From Welwitschia mirabilis (Eukaryota), in NCBI GenBank assembly GCA_051453625.1, contig JBOZIK010000001.1, positions 49,779,795-49,799,794 of the forward strand: a stretch of 20,000 nt of DNA, given 5' to 3'. Of the stretch, positions 11,400 through 20,000 are shown one piece after another; positions within the stretch are counted from its first letter, which is position 1, and the number at the start of each line of letters is the position of its first letter. The position numbers and the translations under genes are program-made. Below the pieces are notes generated by a model. It had not been told where the DNA came from. It worked only from the letters and a program-made list of their open reading frames with translations, and did no database searches.

Positions 11400-12023
11400 A
11401 GTGGTATTAGAGTGGATGCTCAAAAAAATAAGTAACATCCTTAAGTAAACTATGAAAGGGATGCCATCCATCAGATCTTTACTCTTTAATAGAACTAATT
11501 ATTCCTATTAGAAGATGAGGATATGGGTCTACTTATAGTCTTATGAGTTTTATATTTGATAAGGTATTGAAGATTCTACTCAAAATCCACAGAGATCACT
11601 ATAGATATCATAAGGAACTTCATCACACAAATAAAACCTAAAATAAACTAGAAAGATANNNNNNNNNNNNNNNNNNNNNNNNNNNNNNNNNNNNNNNNNN
11701 NNNNNNNNNNNNNNNNNNNNNNNNNNNNNNNNNNNNNNNNNNNNNNNNNNNNNNNNNNCTTTAAGTAGTATTAGAGTGGATACTTACAAAAATAAGTAAC
11801 ATCCTTAAGTGAACTATGGAAGGGATGTCATCCCTCAAACCTTTACTCTTCAATAGGACTAATTATTCCTATTAGAAGATTAGGATATGGGTCTACTTAT
11901 AGTCTTATGAGTTTTAGGTTTGTCAAGGCATTAAAGATGGGTACTCAAAATCCACAGAAATCACTATAGGTGTTGTAGGAAACTCCATCACATAAATAAA
12001 ACCTAAAATAAACTAGAAAGATA
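11395..12023 (+). repeat. Diverged direct repeat across a gap: 11395-11658 vs 11759-12023 (PBS and gag start)
   Basis: Both copies run from the PBS through ACTAATTATTCCTATTAGAAGAT to AAATAAACTAGAAAGATA. Confidence 0.95.
11402..11413 (+). promoter_or_regulatory. Primer binding site, initiator tRNA-Met type (decayed)
   Basis: TGGTATTAGAGT versus the canonical TGGTATCAGAGC (two C>T changes), directly after the LTR end and about 40 bp before the gag ATG. A duplicate, TAGTATTAGAGT, is at about 11766-11777. Confidence 0.85.
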
Positions 12024-13465
12024 GAGAAAATGCAACTTTCAGGTATGAATCAAAAGCAAAAAGGTTTTTACNNNNNNNNNNNNNNNNNNNNNNNNNNNNN
12101 NNNNNNNNNNNNNNNNNNNNNNNNNNNNNNNNNNNNNNNNNNNNNNNNNNNNNNNNNNNNNNNNNNNNNNNAGCTAAAAGGTTTTTACTTAGTGCTTACA
12201 CTGGAGGAATTCAATAAAATAGCTAAATGTAAAATTACACAAGAGATATAAAATGTTTTAGTGGAAACATATAAAGGGAACTCCATTTTCAAGTAATCAA
12301 AGCTCCTTATCTAAACCAATCAATTTGAAGATCTAAAGATAAACAATGGAGAGAGGGTATATGAGTACTTTACAAGAGTCTTTAACATAGTAAACACCAT
12401 ATGTGATATTATTAAAAAATCTTCTAGAGGCCAAGGTAATTCAAAAAGTTGTTAGATCCCTAACTCTAGAATACAGGCCTAAAACAATAGCTATAAAAGA
12501 ATCAAGAGACTTCAACATAATAAAGATTGAGGAATTACAAAGTGCTCTAATAGATTATGAGATAAATCTTATTTAAGATGGATCTCTAAAGAGAAGCCTA
12601 TTACTCTTAAATATAGTGAAAATCAAGGCAAGATTTTAAAGGAAAAATAAAAGAAGTATCAGATGGAGATGAATCTAAAGATGATGTAAAAGAATAACTT
12701 GCTCTTATCACAAGGCAAGTTAAAAGATTTCTTTCATAAAAGAACAACAAGAAGGAGGACTACTAAAAACTAGCCAGATTTCAAGACAGAGGTAAATCCA
12801 AAGGTAAATCTTCTAGTAGATTTTCACTTTCTTCTAGGTTTAATATTTCCATGTTAGAATGTTGGGTTTGTGTAGGATAAGGACGCATAGCTTCAGAATG
12901 TCCTAACTCTAATAGATTATAGGAAAAAGCACAAAATAAAGAATCCAAGAAGAAGATATCATTCTTCAAGGGAATGAGATGATGATAAATATGCAACTAA
13001 AGTAGAAACATATGATGATGGAAGAGTTCATTCATCTTGCATGGTCATTGTGCATACTCAAAAGGACAATGAAGAAAGAAAGGAAGAATTTGAATTAGAA
13101 ACTGAAGGTGAAATAGGTATGGAACTTCAAGACAAGTATGACTTAATTTCTATAGAGTTTATTAAATTGCAAAAGCTATGTTATAAAATTAAAAAATTAC
13201 TCCATTCTCATGAATTAGCATAAAAATATGAAAAAGGTTTTTGCAATAAATTATCATTTGAAAACTTAGCTCTTAAAGTTAAGATTAATAAGCTAATGTA
13301 TGAATTAAAGAATGATAGATGGGAGCTTGCTAATATTAAAAGAATCAATGAGAAGTTTATCCAAGAGAAGGTAAAAAAATAAATGAGAAGTTTACCCAAG
13401 AGAAGACAACCTTAAACATCATGCTTGGATAATGTAGAATTTCAAATAGTAAAAGTGGATTAGGA
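11452..13465 (+). pseudogene. Sirevirus-like gag (N-terminus present twice, ATG 11452 and ATG 11816)
   Basis: MEGMSSLKPLLFNRTNYSY*KIRI (cf. RPPLFDGTNYSYWKxRM); LTLEEFNKIAKCKITQEI*NVLVETYKG...NQFEDLKINNGERVYEYFTRVFNIVN; zinc knuckle CWVCVG*GRIASEC (12860-12901); LNIMLG*CRISNSKSGLG just before the gap. Confidence 0.88.
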
Positions 13466-14455
13466 NNNNNNNNNNNNNNNNNNNNNNNNNNNNNNNNNNN
13501 NNNNNNNNNNNNNNNNNNNNNNNNNNNNNNNNNNNNNNNNNNNNNNNNNNNNNNNNNNNNNNNNNNNNNNNNNNNNNNNNNNNNNNNNNNNNNNNNNNNN
13601 NNNNNNNNNNNNNNNNNNNNNNNNNNNNNNNNNNNNNNNNNNNNNNNNNNNNNNNNNNNNNNNNNNNNNNNNNNNNNNNNNNNNNNNNNNNNNNNNNNNN
13701 NNNNNNNNNNNNNNNNNNNNNNNNNNNNNNNNNNNNNNNNNNNNNNNNNNNNNNNNNNNNNNNNNNNNNNNNNNNNNNNNNNNNNNNNNNNNNNNNNNNN
13801 NNNNNNNNNNNNNNNNNNNNNNNNNNNNNNNNNNNNNNNNNNNNNNNNNNNNNNNNNNNNNNNNNNNNNNNNNNNNNNNNNNNNNNNNNNNNNNNNNNNN
13901 NNNNNNNNNNNNNNNNNNNNNNNNNNNNNNNNNNNNNNNNNNNNNNNNNNNNNNNNNNNNNNNNNNNNNNNNNNNNNNNNNNNNNNNNNNNNNNNNNNNN
14001 NNNNNNNNNNNNNNNNNNNNNNNNNNNNNNNNNNNNNNNNNNNNNNNNNNNNNNNNNNNNNNNNNNNNNNNNNNNNNNNNNNNNNNNNNNNNNNNNNNNN
14101 NNNNNNNNNNNNNNNNNNNNNNNNNNNNNNNNNNNNNNNNNNNNNNNNNNNNNNNNNNNNNNNNNNNNNNNNNNNNNNNNNNNNNNNNNNNNNNNNNNNN
14201 NNNNNNNNNNNNNNNNNNNNNNNNNNNNNNNNNNNNNNNNNNNNNNNNNNNNNNNNNNNNNNNNNNNNNNNNNNNNNNNNNNNNNNNNNNNNNNNNNNNN
14301 NNNNNNNNNNNNNNNNNNNNNNNNNNNNNNNNNNNNNNNNNNNNNNNNNNNNNNNNNNNNNNNNNNNNNNNNNNNNNNNNNNNNNNNNNNNNNNNNNNNN
14401 NNNNNNNNNNNNNNNNNNNNNNNNNNNNNNNNNNNNNNNNNNNNNNNNNNNNNNN

Positions 14456-15363
14456 GGATTACAATATAATCTTGTAATTGTTAGTTAGTTGTGTAATGCA
14501 AACTTTTCATTACTTTTATCAAAGATAATTTTGTTATGAAAGAATATAACTCAAACAAGGTGTTATTTGCTGAATTTAAAAAATCTAATATTTATATCAC
14601 TACTTTACTAGGTATTTCTAACAAGGAGACAAAGTTTCAGTTAAGCACTATAGGTGAAACAAAGCTATGACACATGAAGCTTGGTCACATGAATAAAGAC
14701 TTGTTAAAAATATTATCTTTAAAAGATATGATAAGAAAACTTCCTAAGTTGTAAATCTTTTATGATATGATTTGTGAGGCATAGCAAAAAGGAAAGCAAA
14801 CAAGGGTAAGGTTTGATAAGAAAACCTCTATCACTACTAAATGTCCCTTAGATCTTTTGCATTTTGATATTGTTGGTTTGTCTTATACAAAAAGTCTTAG
14901 TAATAAAATACATTATCTAACTGTTGTTGATGATTACTTACAAGGATGAGGATTCAACATTTTTTTAAAGTTGTATATCAAGTAACAGAACTAAAAGGGA
15001 TNNNNNNNNNNNNNNNNNNNNNNNNNNNNNNNNNNNNNNNNNNNNNNNNNNNNNNNNNNNNNNNNNNNNNNNNNNNNNNNNNNNNNNNNNNNNNNNNNNN
15101 NTTTTGCATTTTGATATTATTCATCTATCTTCTACAAAAAGTCTTAGTAATAAAATATATTATCTAACTGCTATTAATGATTACTTGCAAGGATGAGGAT
15201 TCAACATTTTTTTTAAGTTGTGTATCAAGTAACAAAACTAAAAGGGATATAAAATCAAGACAATAAGAAGTGATAATCGCATCAAATTTAAAAATTCAAG
15301 GTTCATAGACTTTTATGAATAATTTGATATCTTTCATCAATTCTTTGCACCAAGGACTCCATA
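14456..15363 (+). pseudogene. Copia GAG-pre-integrase and integrase fragment
   Basis: GLQYNLVIVS*LC, L*HMKLGHMN, ICEA*QKGKQTR, PLDLLHFDIVG, LTVVDDY, IKTIRSDN, APRTP. The protease is presumably in the gap at 13466-14455. Confidence 0.9.
14854..15249 (+). repeat. Diverged direct repeat across a gap: 14854-15001 vs 15102-15249
   Basis: TTTTGCATTTTGATATT...CAAGGATGAGGATTCAACATTTT...AACTAAAAGGGAT present in both. Confidence 0.92.
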
Positions 15364-15699
15364 NNNNNNNNNNNNNNNNNNNNNNNNNNNNNNNNNNNNN
15401 NNNNNNNNNNNNNNNNNNNNNNNNNNNNNNNNNNNNNNNNNNNNNNNNNNNNNNNNNNNNNNNNNNNNNNNNNNNNNNNNNNNNNNNNNNNNNNNNNNNN
15501 NNNNNNNNNNNNNNNNNNNNNNNNNNNNNNNNNNNNNNNNNNNNNNNNNNNNNNNNNNNNNNNNNNNNNNNNNNNNNNNNNNNNNNNNNNNNAAACCTCT
15601 TCAAACATGATCAAACTAAAGAGAAATCATTCCATAAGAAACATCATAGGTAGTATGTATAGTGATATTCAACCTTGAAGTTGTGCTAAGAAATTTTAT

Positions 15700-16348
15700 G
15701 GATTTGTAGCATATATCTCACAAGTAAGACCTAGAACTCTCAATGAAGAAGAAAGTGATGAGCATTAATTGCTAGCAATGTAAGAGGAACTTAATTAATT
15801 TGAAAGGTTTCATGTCTGAGAACTCACTCCAAGACCATTTAATAGAGCTTTCATTGGTATAAAATGACTCTTTAAACATAAAACAAGTAAAAATAATAAT
15901 GTTATTAGAAATAAAGCAAGGTTAGTAGCTAAAGGGTACAACCAATAAGAAGCCATAGACTTTAAAGGAACTTTTATATTACTAGCATGTATGGAGCCTA
16001 TAAAAATGCTTTTAACCTTTGCATATGTCAAAGGATTTAAACATTATTAGATGGATGTAAAAAATGCCTTGTTAAACAGAGTAATTTAAGAGGAGGTATA
16101 TGTTAAGCAATCTAAAGGTTTTACTATCTCCTAGAAATCAAATTATGTTTATAGATTGAAAAAGGCTCTCTATGATCTCAAACAAGCACCCAGAGCTTAG
16201 TATGAAAAACTCTTAGGACACCTAATAAAAAATAGATTTAAAAGAGGTACATTTCATGTTATAATATTTATTGAAATTAATGGTAAGGATTTTACTATTG
16301 TACAAATCTATGTGGATGATATCATTTAATTAAGAAGTTTGCTAAGAT
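15700..16348 (+). pseudogene. Copia reverse transcriptase (RVT_2-type), truncated shortly after YVDD
   Basis: AYISQVRPRTLNE...LLAM*EELN*FERFHV*ELTPRP...IGIK*LFKHK...RNKARLVAKGYNQ*EAIDF (15907)...*MDVKNA...LKKALYDLKQAPRA*YE...VQIYVDDIIF (YVDD at 16309-16320). No RNase H follows. Confidence 0.93.
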
Positions 16349-18613
16349 TGTTGTTATGCTACCAAATTCTATATATTTTTAATAGCAGATTCTGAGTATT
16401 TTTGTAAGACCTTAAATAGGTTTATGCTGAGTTTCAATGATAATAAAGAGCTAAGATAAAAATCACAAAAACATGCAATATTCATTATATTTAATAGTAT
16501 TTAATACAAATTGCAATACTTTCTATTTGAAGTATAAATCTTGTAATCAAAGAGGCTAATTTGGCACAAGAAACAAATTTATACAACCCATCATTCACCT
16601 TATCATCTAAATGAAGACAAAAGAACTTATGCTGAATAGGACATTTATTAGACTAATCTAGCAGCTTATGTGGATCAGGATGACACCTAAAAATAACTAT
16701 TTATCAAACTTTATGAAACTTTCATCATATGTCATGCACCTTCTTGTGTAGTTATTAGGGTTTTATTGCATTTATTATTATTTACTATTTTTAGAGTTTT
16801 TGTTTGTAATAAGTACCTCCTTTATCCTTGACTCCAACTTTATCTTCTTTGGCACTAAAAATTCTTGTGATAGGAGATCGAAGGGTAGGAAATCCATTCT
16901 TGTAGTTGGAAAGAGATGTCTTCCTTGGTGTTGAGCTATGTATCCTTCATTAAGAAGTTGCTGCTTTATAACATGAATGTTGGTTTAAATATAATCAAAA
17001 CTTTGATTTTATTTTCATATCTTTTTTATGTGCATCTCCCTAATGGTTTATGTTGCTTATGATTCCATGATGACTTCATCTATGATATAGATCATGAAGG
17101 AAATGTTTGTTAAGGTTAAAACTAATATTTTAGGTGTATTACATTTCATTTCCTAGATTAACTAAATTATTTTTATATTCTATTTGATGCACCTGATAGC
17201 TTATGTCGGTTTTGGTCTTGTAATGGCTTTCCTTGATTGATCTAGGCTATACAGGACTTCTCTCCATGACAGATTGATTTGGTAATTGAATAAATGTTAC
17301 ATTTATATTACTTTTTCATCTCATTTGCATAAGTTTATTTAATTTCATTGTTTACTTTGCATTGTTATTTTTTTGTACTAAGAAAGTACATTAATATTTT
17401 ATTTGAAATCACTTCTCTTTTGTTTTGCCTGGGCCTTTGACAGAATTACAACATTTGGATCGCTCCCATCTATATTAATGTGCTGCATTTTATAATATAT
17501 ATTTTTGATTGACAGGATTTAATATGAACATGAAAGATTAAACAAATATGCACCGCAACATCTTGGAACGATCACTGAAAGGCTCCTTAGAGTTTGAGGA
17601 TTGGTATTGCTTAGATAAATAGTTTGGATTTTAGTTCAGGNNNNNNNNNNNNNNNNNNNNNNNNNNNNNNNNNNNNNNNNNNNNNNNNNNNNNNNNNNNN
17701 NNNNNNNNNNNNNNNNNNNNNNNNNNNNNNNNNNNNNNNNNNNNNNNNNNNNNNNNNNNNNNNNNNNNNNNNNNNNNNNNNNNNNNNNNNNNNNNNNNNN
17801 NNNNNNNNNNNNNNNNNNNNNNNNNNNNNNNNNNNNNNNNNNNNNNNNNNNNNNNNNNNNNNNNNNNNNNNNNNNNNNNNNNNNNNNNNNNNNNNNNNNN
17901 NNNNNNNNNNNNNNNNNNNNNNNNNNNNNNNNNNNNNNNNNNNNNNNNNNNNNNNNNNNNNNNNNNNNNNNNNNNNNNNNNNNNNNNNNNNNNNNNNNNN
18001 NNNNNNNNNNNNNNNNNNNNNNNNNNNNNNNNNNNNNNNNNNNNNNNNNNNNNNNNNNNNNNNNNNNNNNNNNNNNNNNNNNNNNNNNNNNNNNNNNNTT
18101 GGTATTGCTTAGATAAATAGTTTGGATTTTAGTTCAGGTATTTATCCACAGTAGCATTATATACTACAGTAGAACTATAGGTTTTTCTTTTCACATTTTG
18201 TAATTTTCATTTCGAAAATAATGCCTTATCATCTCCCTTATTATCTAGACGATGTGTGGTAATGACAATCAATGAAAATATGTTTTTTTCATTTTCATAA
18301 AAACTAGGATTTTCCCTATCATCCCCTCTATTATCTAGATGACTCAAAGGATAAATGTCAATTTTCATTTTGTGTTATTTCATGACTTTGTTTTTCTGTC
18401 TTTTTATTTTTAAGTTTTTTGTATCTTCTTTTATCTAGGTACATCATTCAGATGATCACTGAGATGACATTTACCAACACAGAATTAAACATGCTGAGAT
18501 ATGATAAACTTAAGTAAAAAAATAAAGTATCAGAGAGAGCAGCTGTTAATTGAAGAAAACATCCAAGAAGGTTTGATCGAGTATAATATAAACCCAAGTA
18601 CGTAACCTTCAAG

Positions 18614-20000
18614 TATTGGATCTAGAACCCGAGAGGAGGGGATAAATAGGATTCCTGATAAATTTAAACAACTATTACTACCTAAGAAATAAATTATGTT
18701 ACAAAAATATCTAACAAAACAAAATCAAAAAGCAGATCCAAAATAATTCACAAGACAGGATTTACAATGGTTCAGGATAGACCCTACTCCACATTTAGAA
18801 GACAGTCAATAATCAAGATTATTCCAAATCTCTGTTGCTTCACTATTCATTAAGTTTTCANNNNNNNNNNNNNNNNNNNNNNNNNNNNNNNNNNNNNNNN
18901 NNNNNNNNNNNNNNNNNNNNNNNNNNNNNNNNNNNNNNNNNNNNNNNNNNNNNNNNNNNNNNNNNNNNNNNNNNNNNNNNNNNNNNNNNNNNNNNNNNNN
19001 NNNNNNNNNNNNNNNNNNNNNNNNNNNNNNNNNNNNNNNNNNNNNNNNNNNNNNNNNNNNNNNNNNNNNNNNNNNNNNNNNNNNNNNNNNNNNNNNNNNN
19101 NNNNNNNNNNNNNNNNNNNNNNNNNNNNNNNNNNNNNNNNNNNNNNNNNNNNNNNNNNNNNNNNNNNNNNNNNNNNNNNNNNNNNNNNNNNNNNNNNNNN
19201 NNNNNNNNNNNNNNNNNNNNNNNNNNNNNNNNNNNNNNNNNNNNNNNNNNNNNNNNNNNNNNNNNNNNNNNNNNNNNNNNNNNNNNNNNNNNNNNNNNNN
19301 NNNNNNNNNNNNNNNNNNNNNNNNNNNNNNNNNNNNNNNNNNNNNNNNNNNNNNNNNNNNNNNNNNNNNNNNNNNNNNNNNNNNNNNNNNNNNNNNNNNN
19401 NNNNNNNNNNNNNNNNNNNNNNNNNNNNNNNNNNNNNNNNNNNNNNNNNNNNNNNNNNNNNNNNNNNNNNNNNNNNNNNNNNNNNNNNNNNNNNNNNNNN
19501 NNNNNNNNNNNNNNNNNNNNNNNNNNNNNNNNNNNNNNNNNNNNNNNNNNNNNNNNNNNNNNNNNNNNNNNNNNNNNNNNNNNNNNNNNNNNNNNNNNNN
19601 NNNNNNNNNNNNNNNNNNNNNNNNNNNNNNNNNNNNNNNNNNNNNNNNNNNNNNNNNNNNNNNNNNNNNNNNNNNNNNNNNNNNNNNNNNNNTTCAAAAT
19701 CCATTTGATCTAATGTAAAGTTTTTGAATCTAATCGCTTTAAATAGATTTCTATAAAATATAGTTATTAAATAGTTATAAGAAAATATAAAATTCGCAAT
19801 GGCTAGATTAGATGAAATAATGGTTATAAAATTGTTTGAAAATCTCTGCTTCTACTCTGACTGGTGGATCCCTCAAAACATCTAGTTGACCCGAGTGTCT
19901 CACTTTACTTGTTCTAGTTTCTCCCTTTTTCATCTGATCAACTAGATTAACTCATGTTACTTGATAATTTACTCCATTTTTCATCCAGTTGATCCGAGTA
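18614..20000 (-). mobile_element. Minus-strand LTR of a second Sirevirus-like element (3' LTR or solo LTR), running off the window
   Basis: TATTGGATCTAGAACCCGAGAGGAGGGGATAAATAGG is the reverse complement of an LTR end (...CCTATTTATCCCCTCCTCTCGGG...CCAATA). It is followed by GATTTACAATGGTTCAGG...CCTACTCCAC, typical of these LTRs. Beyond the gap are a reverse TATA-like TTTAAATAGA and CTAGTTGAC/CCAGTTGAT/ATCAACTAG motifs. No PBS adjoins it. Continuity across the 832-N gap is assumed. Confidence 0.65.

Larger units (their letters stand above)
9926..16348 (+). mobile_element. Degenerate Ty1/Copia Sirevirus-like (SIRE/Maximus) LTR retrotransposon, 3'-truncated or interrupted
   Basis: Long LTR, tRNAiMet PBS, long gag with CCHC knuckle and a C-terminal KSGLG motif, then INT before RT (Copia order). 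RT contains RNKARLVAKGYNQ, QMDVK-like, LKKALYDLKQAPRA and VQIYVDDIIF. Confidence 0.88.

Noticed and set aside
1218..16031. Short minus-strand ORFs (1218, 3026, 9118, 12781, 13208, 15810)
   Set aside because: They are antisense to recognisable + strand retroelement frames, are only 60-73 aa long, and have no motifs.
17601..18138. Identical 40-bp repeat at 17601-17640 and 18099-18138
   Set aside because: An exact match on both sides of a gap is most simply an unmerged contig overlap.
18500..18571. MINLSKKIKYQREQLLIEENIQE as a MADS K-box fragment
   Set aside because: The match is too short and low in complexity, and no other MADS exons were seen.
15296..19713. Long ORFs made mostly of X (15296-15653, 17624-18112, 18835-19713)
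   Set aside because: Artefacts of translating N gaps.
1..20000. Prokaryotic RT systems (retron, DGR, CRISPR) or fungal RIP
   Set aside because: Both RTs sit in plant LTR retrotransposon polyproteins, there is no regularly spaced repeat array, and plant methylation-driven deamination explains the C>T bias.

Overview
AT-rich, gap-riddled plant genomic scaffold made almost entirely of nested, heavily decayed LTR retrotransposons. No intact gene is present, and none of the supplied ORFs is a credible protein. From left to right: (1) a + strand non-chromovirus Ty3/Gypsy element (Athila-like) with a pseudogenised PR-RT-RNaseH-INT pol (1-4286), a long spacer, and a decayed extra 'env-like' ORF (about 6929-9925); (2) a + strand Sirevirus-like Ty1/Copia element inserted into that ORF, with a 5' LTR (9926-11399), tRNAiMet PBS, gag, INT and RT, breaking off just after YVDD at about 16348; (3) an unassigned segment (16349-18613) with LTR-like ends and some exon-like pieces; (4) a minus-strand Sirevirus-like LTR from 18614 onward. 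The most notable signals are diverged (about 85-90% identical where counted) direct repeats on either side of most 100-N gaps that share inactivating lesions, pervasive C>T/G>A decay, and fossil CpG-palindrome arrays. I found no support for a new biological system; the findings concern transposon lineage, nesting, mutational decay and assembly structure.
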